DNA of 64,000 nt from Schmidtea nova (taxonomy: Eukaryota), in NCBI GenBank assembly GCA_044892505.1, contig CM097883.1:450740001-450804000 (forward strand), read 5' to 3'. Both the position numbers and the translations under genes were made by a program. The notes under the pieces were generated by a model. The model was not told the DNA's origin. It made no database searches and was given only the letters and a program-made list of their open reading frames with translations. The stretch's first letter is position 1, and each line of letters starts with the position of its first letter. Shown here in pieces: positions 12,769-26,875 of this stretch.

Positions 12769-14879
12769 ATCTCAACCTCAACAAATACAAAACAATATAA
12801 GCCGAGCAAGAGAGAATGCGCTCTTAAATAACGGCGATGCGAGGCTCGGATATTGAGCCAGTTCAAGTCACTTCTACCCCACCGAATCGATGTGGCATAG
12901 AGTGAACATTTTGATCCTTACTGAGTTGTAATGTTTTATTAATTTTATTTTTGGTTCATGTATATTGTCTATGAATTTTAATCGGAATAATGTTATTAAT
13001 ATTGTATGAATTGTGATTTTGAAAATAAAATATTTATCATTTAGATTGTGTAATGTAATTATATTAACGAGTATTTCAAAAACTAGGTTATTCTAAGGTG
13101 CCAAGGCGCCCCCTTAGTCAATTTTTCGTTTTTGGCAGTTTCATTTTTTAGTATAAAATAATTGAAAAAAAAATGTTTTTTTTTAAGTTGTTAACTTTTA
13201 ACTTAGAATTTTATTCAACTTATTATGATTCGTTTAAAGAATTTCATTGTACACAATGTTTCGTGTGAATACACAATTGTCACCTAACAAATGTCCATCT
13301 TCAATCTTGATTTTGACAATTTTTGCGTTTCTTGATCTTGATCTTGGTCTTGTATATCCAAGATCAATATGGTCAGAAACTCTCTTCAAAAAATCCCCAA
13401 AAAGAAAAAATGTGGAAAACAATGAATAAAAAAAGTAATCGTAGTAAACTTTGAGCGTTCCGGAATCACAGATAAATAAATAAACAGATAATTTTGGGTA
13501 AATATATTATACATTGTTTAACTAATATGAAACTGAATTTATATTTAATTTAATCATCTCTCAGTAGATATTTTCTAAACAAATATAGTTGTCTCTCGAT
13601 GAATATAGGTTATGATTAAACAATTTATTAACATTCCACCTGGGGTAAATTTGCTGGGTAAATTTGTACCAAAATACTTTTTCACTGTGCTTTTGCTGGT
13701 TTAAAGGCTTTAAATAATTTTTACGTATAAAAATACAAATATATTAAAGACAAGTGTTTACAAAATATGATGCTGGAGTACACAAATACCCCCAGCTGGC
13801 CTTAGGAAAATTAAATGTGTGTGTGACTACTGTAACCTTGATACTTTCACGATTCCTGACAGTGGTCACGAGTGTAGACGTAACTGTAAATGTTAGTAAT
13901 GTACAATGTATGAGAATCGATGAGCAGGTGAGCTTAGTTACCCAAACTTCTCCTTTACAGTTCCAATTGACATTTTATATATTTAGCAAAGAGGAATTAC
14001 ATTACACCCCAAACATGAGGCTCTTGTGTTAGGGATAGGCTCTTAGACCTCAACGTTAATTTGTAGATAATAATTTAAAAATCATTTAGTTGTTGCTAAA
14101 AATAGATTGAAATTACTATTAATAGATAATATGTAATTATAGTAATTTATAATTATTAATAGTAATTTAAAATTGTTAATGGTATATTTTTTGTAATTTT
14201 AGAAATAATTATTTGATAAATAAACCGATGAATTTTAGTGAAGAGGGAGAAGAAAGTTTTCACACGGTGACATTTAATAAAGCCAGAATTCACTATCTGA
14301 TATTTAAAGCGAGTATTTCATCGGAATCAATAATTAGGATTTAAACCAGCGACTTGAAGCAAAATTTTAGTTCATCGAAACTAGTAGGAAGCTAGACGAG
14401 TTCATTGTAGCAGTTTGTCGAAACAAATTAGAGAGTTATTTATTCAATAGTTCAACAGAACTAAGAAGTAATAGTTTAAAATTTTAAACATATACGAAGT
14501 AGTTGACCACTTTAGTATACCTGGGTAGCTCCAATATTAAATACTTCTTTACCCTCTATTTATTTGAAATCAACGGTGTCCTGTCATTAGAAGGCATCGT
14601 GTTGCTTGCTGAGAAGTGAAGGAATCGATCATTTGATCACGTTCTTGTATCGCTGTAGTAAATTATACATCAGTTTCTAAATAAATGTTTTAAAGGGAGA
14701 GTATTTTGAATTATTAATATCATTTGATATTCAACGCAACCAAATAGTCATATATTTATACAAAAAAGTAATTGGAATATTTGGAGTCAGATAAATAAAT
14801 AAATAATTAAACTCTCACGAAATTACTTGTGTTATCTTCAACCCATTTCCGCTGAACATAACACTTAATCAAACGTGAC

Positions 14880-15240
14880 GGTATTTTTAACAGCTAAAGC
14901 AATTGCTCTACTTCGCTCAAAATTGACATTGATGAAATTATTTCAAACTTAAACCGAAGCAGCGAATAATAAACTGTCAAAATGCGAAGACTTATGGAAT
15001 GACATTCAGTCATTCAAACATGTAATCGCATCTGAATACGATCTCACTAGAAATGAAGGCAACTGTCTGATATACGAAATTGAAAGCTTTTCGAGAGAAA
15101 CTAATTTGCATCTTAGGTCTACAGCGAGTGGTGAACGATCTTTTAGCACAATGGATAGACTGGTTACTTGATTAGGAACTATCGAGGGAGCACAGAATTA
15201 ATCGATACATTGAAAGACATTATTGCATACACGCATTCAG
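14880..15240 (+). mobile_element. hAT transposase C-terminal dimerisation-domain remnant
   Basis: 15112-15180 encodes LRSTASGERSFSTMDRLVT*LGT, matching the hAT motif SxERSFSxLxRxKTxLRS; the flanks contain stops and frameshifts. Confidence 0.55.
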
Positions 15241-15483
15241 CATTAAACAAAGATAACGAATAATTTTTCTAGTTAGTTCTATTAAATAATTTTTGTTTTC
15301 GCTTATAAAACACCTTTTTTCTCATCGCGAATTCAACAGTCGCCAGTCACAATAACCGGATTCTTATCGCCGCTCGTGTTTCATAGCGCGTCCAGTATAA
15401 AAGTTATTGTTAAAAACCCTTTAAAGGGTAAATCAATGAAAAATATAAATATCCAAGACACAAAGAGACAAAGTTTATAAAAA

Positions 15484-15489
15484 TTTATT
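15484..15489 (-). terminator. Putative polyadenylation signal of the PWWP gene
   Basis: AATAAA on the minus strand ~140 nt after the stop at 15627. Confidence 0.5.
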
Positions 15490-15626
15490 GATCAACAAAT
15501 ATTATACAATTGGGAATGCCATATCAAAACCTTAGAAAAGACTAGAGAGAATTTGTGACCAAGGCAAAAAGTGCCAGCGGTTCAAATTGTAATAGATTCT
15601 ATAATTTGGGAGGAAAGATATAAATG

Positions 15627-18600
15627 TCAAGGATTTGAACTCTCCACTGGACACATCTCCTCTGGATCCGGGGACGCAGGGGTGTAGGAAACGGGGTCGT
15701 TGGGGGCGGGATATGGCTGGTAGGGTCGAGGGGGCGCACTGGTGGGGTGATATGAACTATTCATTGGCCCAAATGCTGCCGGCGGGTGCCCGTAACACGA
15801 GTAGTAATAGGCCAACATCTCCTCCTCGCTGGGCAAGTAATACCCGTTCTCTGTCACGCACGGCAACTGGGAGGGGTACATTTGGTGCATTGATGGCCTC
15901 TTATTGGCTGCTGCAGCAGCGACATCTTTGGATTTGGAGTGGTTGGCGTTTGATGGCTTGCCTGCTGCGCCCGCCGGTTGCGGATTGGCGGGGTCGTCTG
16001 TGTACGTGTCAGGAGATTCGGGAGTGATTGGCACGGCTGCTGGGGGGGCGCGGGCCGCGGCGCGTGGTGCTGCCGGCAGTGGCGGGGGCGGTCGGCTAGG
16101 GTCCCCGTAGTAATAGTGCTGCTGCTGCTGGTGCTGGTAATAATAGTAATAGCAGTAGTACATGTACTCGTCCTCCTCACTCATGCACATACCGTTGCCA
16201 TAGTGATTACCAATAGCATCGGGGCCGTTGCCGTAATACTGATAATGAGGCAGGCGGCCACCGGCACCAGCGGGCGGCAGCCCCTGAAATTTACCTCCGC
16301 GCATTCGGGGATCCATCGGGATGGCATTCGGAGGTTTCCCAGTCCATTTCCCGGCGTTGTCCTGCGGTGCCGGTTGCTGCTGCTGCGATGACGGGTCCAG
16401 GTGGGAGTTGCTGCCCCCCTTTGTGAAATATTCGGCCTTGAATGGCGGGAAGAGCTGCTCGAACGGAATATTCTGGAATGCCTGCTGCTGCTGCTGCTGC
16501 TTGCCGTTATTGGGGGAACGGAAGCTGTTCCTGGGCTTGGCACTGGTATTGGTGCCCTGGCCGCGGTTCCGAGCGCGGTTGTTGTGCGATGATTCCCGGA
16601 ACGCCCTGCCGAATGGACTGGCACCATCGACCCATGATTCAGCCCGACCGGTGTTGATATCCATCAAGCTGGGCACGTTCCTAGGCGGAGAGGGCAGCCG
16701 GTTCCTGTCGTACCATTTCTTGTGCGCGATCGTGCTGCCAAGGTCAAAATTGTGCCCCATGTCGATGTCCTCATCAGCCGGCGGTTGCGACTGCAGAAGG
16801 GACGGCGGCGAATCCAGGAAATCCTCATTGGTGGAATTGAGCCATTTGGCATCCTGGATGTACTCCATGTTCCTGATGGCGTCACCGCCCGCACCAGTTG
16901 TCATGGCGATATCATTGTCATCACCAGCATCACCAATGACATCATTTAGGGTGCTTGTGAAGGGCGCCAAGCAACCGTCGTCCTCGTTCCCAGCGTCGAA
17001 TTGGCTCTGATATTCCTGGATGTGGCTCCACACGTTCCCTGCTGACCTCTTCGCTGGCTGCTGCGGATTGGCCGGCTCCTCCCGGTTCAATATCACATCA
17101 AACAGCTCGCTGTCACTGTCCGGCAGCTCGATAACGCGATCCTCCTTCTGCTTCCTTGCCATATAATTACTCCACGGATCTTTCTTGTCAGCTTTCTTTG
17201 AGTCTGCGATAGCCGAATCATCCGGTTCCGCCGCCCCGTTGGAGTACCATTTATTGCTGGCCATGTCCCGCTCCTGATCCGCGGATTCCCTCATCTCGTG
17301 CTTGACCTGGGCCTGCGGGGGCCCGCCGGCGTCCATATCGTTATCCGCCCGCGCTGCCGGCCACGCGCAGTTCTCCTCCTCCCCATCGCCCCCATCGTCG
17401 TCGTCAACAAAGTCACCGCCGGATTCCTCCATCCCGCCGCCATTTTGTGTCGGCTGCCCGTTGTAATCATCCTCGCAATCCTTCATCTTGGGCCACAAGT
17501 CCCCCTCGTCATCCTCCTCCTCCATCTGCTCTCGCTTCTCTGCCCGGTGGCCACTGGGAACCGGCTTGCCAGCTGCCTTGCCCTCCCCGCCGCCACCCGA
17601 CGGCTCCGGCTCCTCCTCCTTCACCGCATCCATCAGATTCGCCTTCTTGCCGATCTTGAGCCCGCTGCCGAGGATGCTGAACTTCTTATTGAACAGGTTA
17701 TCAAATGTCAGCGGTTTATCATTGACGTTCCTGTGCGTTCCCATCCAATCCGACTTGCACAGCTTCTTCTCCTTGACCCTCGCCTTGCCGGGCTTCCTGG
17801 AATCGGAGTTGCCGACCGCTGGCGCCGTCGCGAGCGGCTTCTCACTCCTTTCAACGGCCACTTCGGCATTCGGCCGCACCAATTTCAGTTTGATTGTCGG
17901 CAGGATTTTCAATTCGTTCTCGATTTTCTCTTGTTTCCGTTTCAGTTCCGCCGATGCCTTCAATTTGGGAGCGGGAACGATGATGCAGCTCTGGTTGTCA
18001 TCGGAATCAATGGAGATGGTATCGATTATCCTGGAAACGGAGTTCTTGTTGATTGTCGATAGCGTTTTGTTGGCTGTGGCTGTTGCGGGCTTCCTGGGCT
18101 CGTGGGCGCTTGCTGCTGCTACCGGCGGCTTCGTCTCGCTGCCGTTGCTTGGCGCAATCGGCACTTTCTTTGGTTTCGGGTCGCTGGTGATTGCCGGTGC
18201 CGGCTTGGTGCTCACCGCGCTGCTCGGGGGCGCCGGTTGCGGCTTCTTCTGATTCTTTTTATTGCCAGTCAGATCTTCCATTAATCCGACAGAGAAATTG
18301 CTCTGAATGACCCGATTGATCTGGATGATCGAGAGCTTCTCCACGACGACCTTGCAGTTGTTGTGCAAGGCGGCCCGGTGCAGGCTCGACTGCTGCTCGG
18401 TGTCCTCGTTCGGTTTCACTGGCACTGACGTTTGACAGATCTTGATCTTGGTGGGTGTGATCGAGATCGCCTCCCGGATGATCGCCGTATTGACGGGACC
18501 GGTGGCGGTGCTAGTGGCAACGGGAGCGTTAACTACTCTGTCAGTAGCGGCGGAGGTGAGCGGATCCGCCAATGCCGTCAAGTTGTTGTGGATCTCTTGC

Positions 18601-20682
18601 TCCTCGATTGTGAATATCTCATTCCACTCGTTCTCACCGAGATTCATAATCCTGAATAACGATTGGTTAACGGATTAATACGGCAAAGCCGATTGGATCA
18701 GCGATCAGGCCGAGCAGAAATGGAATTGGGAGCATTGGAAGGCCTGGTAATAACGCCCCTTCCCCTGCCCGGCTGACCGCGCATGCAATCACAAATAATG
18801 AAGTATACTTACCCCTCGACATCATTGATTTCTGGATTCTCCACATCGGCCGCCTTTTCTGCATTCAGCTCGACGCCACCTGAACAATTTAAATTAGTCC
18901 ATTTACCAAACGATATAATATTTGTATAGAGGAACGGGCGGGCGGCATAAACCGATAGTAAATTGTAAATAAATATAGAAAAGGATCAACCGATGCCGCT
19001 CACAATCACAGCAGTGACAAATAAGCAGCTGCTATGCCGCTGCCGTCACATAGAGCACCTGCAATGTCCCTCCCTGAACCGGTCCCCTAGTCCCCCTCCC
19101 GATGTGTTGCGGCATCAGTAATATAACCCCAGGGCACCCCTGCCTTACAACTAACCGGACCGGGCGAATAATAAAAGACCCAATATTAATCCGCTTACTT
19201 GTATCGGTAATCTTGGCGGCCGGTTTCTCGATATCGTGCATCTCACACAGAAAATCTTCTGCAGTGGGGTCCTGCAATGACGAGAGAGCAAATTCAACAA
19301 ACCCATCAATCATTTAACTACTAATAAACCTTATCAAATGCCAAAATATCGAAATTGTTCTCAATCTCCCACATGGCCTCCGTGAAATGCTGATATCGAC
19401 TGTTGCGAACGTATTTCTGTTTGTTTTCTGCAAACGGAACAAGCGCTTTTGCAGGCAGAAATTCTCTGTGAATAGAAATCAGTCAAACGCTTAAAAATGG
19501 TTGTAATTGGTGGGCATAAATACCGTTCGGTTCCCGCGTGAATGTCCGCTCCGCCCCTCCCCCATTCCCCATTGACCCATTTGGTCACGAACTGTACTGT
19601 TTATGAAGAACTTTCAGTGATTTAGAGCGGAGAAAATGAAGTGTGCTCAATTTCAAACCCAAGCCACGAAGAAAGAAGGGGAAGACGACGCCTAACAAAG
19701 GAGAGCATTACAAATCATGATTAAGGAGTGAGATCGTGAAATCAATAGGCTCTGTGTGGATCACGCGTCGGCGGTAGCAACTTTACCACTGAATACGAAA
19801 TGTTTTACTAAAATGTTTCCATCTGAAAGTAGATGAAACCTTTCGGGAGCGAAAGAAGTAGAGTATAAATTATAGAGCTGATAATTGAATCAATTAGGGA
19901 TATAAGCGATTGTCATACGGTTACCCTGAATTAGTAGATAAAGTTGATAAGTGTATCGAAGATCCCGTCAGTATAATTAGCACAAGGAACCAGCTTTATT
20001 TACCCAGCAAGCAACTCCAAATTGTAACTATCAGATAACTGCAATAATTTCTAATCGAAGCATTTAAAAATATTCATGTAATTTATACCCTTTTTTTGAT
20101 TTCCAAGGGAATTTCTTAATCATTTTTATCTTCCTGAATATTTTAAATAACGTTCCCATATGGTTTAAGATTTATTTGAACTGCTTTAATTTTAAACGGA
20201 TTTATGGTAAATGGCCAAAATATTTCCACTGTTATCTATTTTTTGTTATGCAGTATCATATGCAACGCGATTATATACAACAGCGGCACATAAATTCAAT
20301 ATATTTCTTCGAACTGCTTTCATAGTTGTTGGTAACAATTGAATGCGCCAGAATGAATTAATCCAAATGAAATAATATTCAATAAATGTGAAATACTAGT
20401 TAACCAAAAATATTTATATTAATATGAAAGCATTTATATAATTATAATAATAATCAATGAGAAATCAGCCTTACACTTCATGTGTGCCAAAAAAGAATAT
20501 TGGATAATTCCCATCAGGTACAGAAATATAATCTGGTAATTTGTTAACCTAATAATAAAATGCAATAAAATTGTTATTAATCCTATATTAATAATATATA
20601 ATTTACCCTAGCTGGCCAATAGGGGCAATTGGGCAACTTCGCGAAAACGCGATCATTTGTTCGGAATTCCTCAATTTTGAAG
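15627..20682 (-). CDS. HDGF/PSIP1(LEDGF)-family PWWP-domain protein with ~1000-aa low-complexity tail, ~1150 aa; exons 20682-20607, 20548-20475, 19465-19330, 19271-19199, 18879-18813, 18651-15627; start codon unresolved
   Basis: GT-AG splicing keeps the frame through all exons and gives FRTNDRVFAKLPNCPYWPAR/VNKLPDYISVPDGNYPIFFFGTHEV/EFLPAKALVPFAENKQKYVRNSRYQHFTEAMWEIENN. This aligns with the HDGF PWWP (FAKMKGYPHWPAR...FFFGTHETAFL...EGLWEIENN) and joins in frame to the 1006-aa ORF. Confidence 0.88.
19627..19833. repeat. Dispersed repeat, copy 2, inside the 1009-nt intron of the PWWP gene
   Basis: Homologous to 12588-12768. Confidence 0.8.
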
Positions 20683-20852
20683 CTAAAATATAATAAAATA
20701 TTAATATTTTATCAATGTACTGACAAATTTTGAAATAAAAATTTTTCGTAAATAACTTTAAGTGTTATATCAGTAAAACAAATATCTAGGATGCTAATAT
20801 ATTAAATTTTTATTTAAACGCTTTTTTAATTGGCTTTTAATATCATTTAGAT

Positions 20853-21212
20853 CAGGGTTTCTTAAACTTTTTTCATTCACGACCCCATTTATGATTGTGG
20901 ATTTTTTTGGTGACCCCATATAAATATAAAATAAAGATGATTTAATAAAAAGGTTTAGAATTTATTTAGAAACATATAAAAATAAAAAATAAAAAATTGA
21001 ACAAAAAATTGTAAATTAATAATTATTATAATTACAAAAATTATATGCTCTATTTTTCATCAAATTTCAGTTTTGGTAATAAAACATTTAAATTTTATTT
21101 TAAATTCATGTATTTAAATATTTTCAATATTTCAATATATTTTAAATCTCGCGACCCCAGGATTTTGATAAGAGACCCCGCTTGGGGTCGCGACTCATAG
21201 TTATGTAGCCCA
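20853..21212. mobile_element. hAT (Charlie-like) MITE, decayed right end
   Basis: Left end CAGGGTTTCTTAAACTTTTT; subterminal GACCCC/GGGGTCGCGAC motifs; near-duplicate 8-mers atttagat/ttttagat flank it. Confidence 0.6.
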
Positions 21213-21647
21213 TTTTTAGATGATGTGATAATTGGATATGAATTTTTTATGCAGGAAATTATTTACCTTTTATTATAATTAAATTGACGAGTAAATTATA
21301 GTTTTATTAATTTGATACTTTTTATGTATTTCAAAAAATATAGATGTGTTGGGTGAAAACTGAGAGTTGTTTGAATGAAGCGGTAACACAGAACGTAGAG
21401 AGCGCACAAAAAGTAAATTTAAAATTCTTTGAGCTACAACACTGAGTAAAACAGAGTAATCACAAGATACTGAAATAATTAAATAAAACACGTTTAAAAA
21501 TTAAAATGAACAAAAACGCATCAAATATACACGTGAAAAACATCATATATAATATAAAAACATCAATTATGTAAAAAAATAGCAAATTGGGACAATACTG
21601 TTCTTTTTTAATGAGCTTTACCCAGAAGGCTTTTTCCACTTGTTATT

Positions 21648-21900
21648 TCCCAATTACTTTAATTAAAAACATGACATCGATTATACCTTCATTAATTATG
21701 CTCCTCGGGTTTCTTTTTTTCTAATAACCTCGTCCGGGTTTCCCACACTACTCGGGTTCCCCATTGACTCGGGTTTCTCATTAGCCAATTAATTAATTTT
21801 TAATTCTTTTCTTCTGGGACCCCCCCATAGATTTTATTTTACCAGCTTTGGATTCGATTCACAATTTGGCATACACCCATACCAATTTCCCCTGCAAAAT
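21648..21900. repeat. Dispersed repeat family (second copy ~50121-50410)
   Basis: Shared GTCCGGGTTTCCxACACTACTC...CTTTTCTTCTGG...CACCCATACCAATTTC. Confidence 0.75.
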
Positions 21901-24479
21901 TTTTATTTTGAATTTTTATAAATTTTTAATTAATGTTTGCATATAATTTATTATTTTTTCAATTTTCGTATCTTTATCTATTTGCACATAGTTTTTTGTG
22001 CTTTTTAACTTTTTATTTCAAACCTGTTTAGGCAACCCCAACAAAATACCCCTCACGATATCACGGAATAATTATACATTCATATTAGCAAATGAATACA
22101 TCCATTGCACTCATTAACACCATCCATATCTAATACCACATACAAAAATAAATTCATCTACAAATACACACAGACTACATTATTTCATTCATTAACAACC
22201 ATCAGCATGATACATCCAGAAAATCCATACAAAAAATTCACTCATTCACTTCCATCATTAAACTACTCATCTCATCTAACAACATCATCATATATTAGTC
22301 ATATTATTCAAACTACCACATTGAGAATTTACCATTTCATTTATAAAATACATATAATTATTTACTTGCAGACTACAACATCCCATATCATAAAATTCCT
22401 GTAGTTTACAACAGCCATACTTGCAATAACACATTGTACCAATCGATAACACCTTATACACCTAACTAGCTCACTTAAAAAAATGATTAGGAAAATTATA
22501 AATTGCCAAACTACTTATGAAAATCACCAAATACATCCATTAATATTCCATTTGTCTAGTCGAGATAATACAACCACGAAGAATTTACCAATTCGAAACT
22601 CAACTTGGCTACAGACTATAACTTAAAAGACGTCCAGCTAACCGCACTAATAATTTGTTACATAGTTTACATATCAGTGTCTGACGAAAATTAATTTAAA
22701 CGAAAAGCATCTCGATATAATGTATTAAAGAGTCTCAACCCATTGTACAAAATTTGTACCTTATTGTAAGTACTGTCATGTTATTAGTTCATAATTTTAT
22801 ATACCATGTCATTAATTTATTATTATTAGCCTTATAATACTATCATATTATTGTGTTATTATTACGTCATCATTGTATTATTGCCAGGAAAGTACATATA
22901 GAAAACTATCATTATTATATCGCCGGAGCAGAAAATCTCTTATATATAGTGATCAGGATAATTCCGTAAAGTGTTCGGAACACATCTTCCATGTTCTGAT
23001 GCGAAACCGTCCAAAAATCGACATGATGACGAATATATCTTCAGGCTAGCCAACAATCTATAAAAGCAAACACCAAAATACTGCCCAACAATTAAAGAAA
23101 GCAACGACCAAATAAATATTTATTAAATTGAAACCGAACCAAACGATCGGCAAAACAATTAATAAATTATAAAAATTACTTTTGAAGGATGAAAAAATTT
23201 ATTGATCATTTATCAGATTCAGATTCCAATTGTTCTTATTGTCGATGGTATCAGTAGATTCACAAAAATTGTCTAAACTGAATTTAATAATGTAAAATCA
23301 CGAAAATTATAAATTTACTGATAGATTCAGCTGAGATAGGGGGAAATCTACTTTTCTAAAATTAGATGTAAAAAAATCAATAGATATATAATGGGATTTG
23401 AATTCCCATAATATAAACCAACCAATAAGAATAATTTAACTTTTGAAAATAGTCTATATAGATTTCCTTATAATTGAAAATTGCCGTTTGAAATAGTAAG
23501 GTAACGGGGGAAAACTTAATCCTGAAATCTATAATTAAAAATATTATATCCTCGCATTTATATATGAATTCTTAAGGCCTAATAAACCCAAGTTTTCCTT
23601 TTAGTATTAACTAACCATTGCCGTTGTCAAGGCCTCGGTAAAAGTTTCAAATTTACAAATATTAAAATTTCACTAAAAAATTAAATATGATTTAAAAGAT
23701 AAGATAGACACTAGGTATAAGAGATAAAATAAAGCTTAGTTAAATTTTCTAACATAAAAAAGCAGAAATTAAAAAAATCTCGAAAATAATAGTCTTTTAG
23801 TCCAAATCAACAGCAATCGAATACCCCCAAATATATGTATTTTTAAAGGAATATTTGATCCCAGAATTGAGTAGCGGTCAGGTTCTACAATAAGGAATGA
23901 TGCTTTATGAATAAATACACAAGGAATGTTTGCATATTTTGGATTAACAACTTTTGCTTGCTTGGAATAACTGTTTTAATAATTAAAAATAAAGTAATAT
24001 TCACTGTAGACGCTGCAAATCGATTTATTTAATACCCGATCTGACGGAGGTGCTCGCAAAGTGAAACTGTACTCATTTTGCATAAACTGAATCCTCTGAT
24101 GTGGGGGTGACATATGATTTTTATAATTTTGCCGTGTCTATTGATTTGTAATGTGTATTTTAAATGAATCCTTACGTGAATTTGTTAATATTTTTACGTT
24201 GGAATTATCTATTTTGATGTAGAAATAAATTCTTATCGATGTAAATTGTTGATTTGTATTTGCTAATTAGGATCTCATTGAATGTTTATGGATAAATTGT
24301 TGACTAAAATGGGACTAAAATGGGCGGAAACCTTCTATCAGTAGCCCTTGAACCCAGGAAATGTTTTGGCAATCATAGTTTTGAATTTTCGACGCTCACT
24401 GATTGCGAATATTCACCCATTTGTTGCCTTATCAACGATACATTGTGACGGGCAACAAGATGGTTAAACTATTGTTTTA

Positions 24480-26417
24480 TGTGTTGAGTTTTTGATGTGA
24501 GCCATTTTGACGATCAACAACCCACCACCATGCATGCCACATCAAAATCGAGCCAGACCTCTCTCTTCCACCAAACTTGACACAGTCATAGCTGAATTCG
24601 TTAGTTTAAAAAACGTAGGCATTATACGTCGTTCATCTTCACCATGGGCTTCACCAATACACGTAGTCACAAAGAAAGACGGATCTTTCAGACCCTGTGA
24701 AGATTATCGACAACTCAACCAAGTAACAGCCCTTGACGCATACCCAATGCCACTCATAAAAAACTTAATTACACGCTTCCCACAATCCACTGTGTTCTCT
24801 CGAAAGTGTGCCACCAATTTCCCAAAACAGCGGTAACTACTCCATTTGGAAATTTTGAATACATGTTCATGCCTTTCGGTCTCAGAAACGCAGCTCAGTC
24901 CTAACAGCGCTTCGTGAACACAATTTTTCACGATGTCCGTCACACATTCGTATACCTTGACTATATTATCATAGTGTCACCTGATCAAGACAGCCACACA
25001 GACGATTTGAACACGGTCCTCGACATATTGAATCGTCACAATTTACAGATCAGCATAAATAAATGCAGTTGTTTTCAAGAGCGTGTCTGATTCCTCGAAC
25101 ATATACGTCCATCCACGGGTTGCGAACATTTCCCAGAAAGACTTGATGTAAATCCGCAGTTTTCCATTGCCAAACACTGACACAACTACGTAGCTTCTTA
25201 GTATCGTCAATTTCAGCCACAGATTCATTAAAAACGCGTCTCACATAATGACACCTCTTTGAGCACTGAACACAGGGAAAAAGAAATCCATTATCAATTG
25301 GTCCGATACAACACGTGACTCATTCAACAAAGTCATAGACGCTTTAGCTAAAATTACCACTCTTCATGACGTTTCATTCAGCCTCACAACAGACGCATCC
25401 AACATTGCTGCAGACGCAGTACTTCACCAAATTAAAGACAATTTGTCATTACCAATAAAAATTCTTTCAAGAAAATTTTCTTCGGCAGAATCAAAGTACA
25501 GCACATTCGACAGAGAATTACTTGCCATTTTTCTAGCTATTAAACCATTCAGTCAGATTTTAGAAGGAAGGCAATTCATGATCTTCGCCGACCACAAGCC
25601 TCTCATCCACTGCCTCACCATGAAAGAACCATCGAACAAAGTACATCGTCAGATAACATATCTATCAACTTTTGACATTAAGTTCGTTCACCTATTCGGC
25701 AAAGACAACGTAGTCACCGACTACCTTTCTAGAAATATTTCAGCATCTATTACATCTACTCCAGTTTTTAGTCAAGATACTCTCCGTTCAAATCCACCAA
25801 CCTCAGAAGATCTCGTTCGCTTCAAAGACTCACTTGAGATAATAGACGGTACACATTACGATAGAATGTATAAAAACACTCTCAAACCAATTCTACACCC
25901 ATCGCTCAGAAAAGACGCATTCTTCGCGATTCATAATCTACACCACCTATGAATTAAGTCCACGTACCATATTATAAGACAGAAAGTCACCTGGTTCTCA
26001 TTAATCAAAGACGTGAAACAGTGGGTGTCTGAATGTACAGGCTGCCAACAACACAAAGTGAACAGATATACTAAACCACCAATCACACCATTCCCGACGG
26101 GCTCAAGATTCGACATACTCCACACCGACTTAGTAGGCAAACTCCCCGCAGACGACGGATTCTGTTACATACTGAAAATGATTGATCGGAAAACACACTG
26201 GTTCGAGGCAGTTCCAATATCTGACATAACCGTAAAAACAGTTGCACACGTTTTAACATCCACTTGGTTTTCACGTAATGGAATCGCAACCGCAATAATC
26301 ACAGACCAAGGGACACAATTCGAATCGGATCTTTTCGATCATCTTACAAACATCTCGGCATCAAACATTTACGCACAAGCTCCTGTCACCCGCAAAACAA
26401 ATTTTTATTATGTTTAA
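24480..26417 (+). mobile_element. Ty3/Gypsy retrotransposon pol (RT, RNase H, integrase), pseudogenised, no LTRs seen
   Basis: SSSPWASPIHVVTKKDGSFRPCEDYRQLN (RT); TTPFGNFEYMFMPFGLRNAAQ; TTDASN...SKYSTFDRELLAIFLAIK...DHKPL (RNase H); HHCC zinc finger (CTGCQQHK) and HTDLVGKLP...TDQGTQFES (integrase); multiple stops and frameshifts. Confidence 0.95.
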
Positions 26418-26869
26418 CATTGTGAGATATTTCTAAATTAACTTTTCAAATTTTAAATAATAAATATATTGTGTCCGTGCTCTCTGCCTGCTCTTAGCCG
26501 GCTGGGGCTTCCGTGTTGCTTTCCGTGTGAATTCGTGTTTACGTCTTGCAACATGTTTTGTTTTGTTTTAAATGTAAATATCCTTCATGTTAATCACGCA
26601 CTTATTGGCCCACATTCCAGGGGATTATTATCGGCCTGGGCCAGATTTGAAAATTACTTCGTGCGCATGTTCAATTATCCCGGTTTCCGCGTCATTAGAA
26701 CATAAAATTTTAGTTTTTACTCGACAATATTCACTTGTTTCTGTCGTCGATTCCTGCTGCGATCCTGCCGTTATGACTAGCAAATCCGGTCAGATATGGA
26801 AAACTCCCGTGATAAATGAAAGCGCCGGATATGAGGAAATCTGCTATTCATAAGTGGAAGGCAACAAGA

Positions 26870-26875
26870 TTTATT
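26870..26875 (-). terminator. Putative polyadenylation signal of collagen A
   Basis: AATAAA on the minus strand ~127 nt after the stop at 27002. Confidence 0.5.

Noticed and set aside
15635-18678. Many overlapping ORFs on both strands around the 1006-aa ORF
   Set aside because: Shadow ORFs of GC-rich, stop-poor coding sequence; the minus-strand frame is the one spliced to PWWP.
12588-19833. Two direct repeats bracketing the GC-rich 1006-aa ORF, suggesting an LTR-bounded or horizontally acquired island
   Set aside because: The second repeat lies inside an intron of the PWWP gene, which continues beyond it; no TG..CA ends, TSD or PBS were seen. They are dispersed repeats.
22681-22720. CTGACGA...GAAA hammerhead-like motif
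   Set aside because: Helix I and II cannot be paired properly and helix III is not palindromic; at best a decayed remnant.
22995-23050. CTGATGCGAAAC (+) and CTGAAGA (-) motifs
   Set aside because: No helix II or no GAAA partner; incomplete cores.
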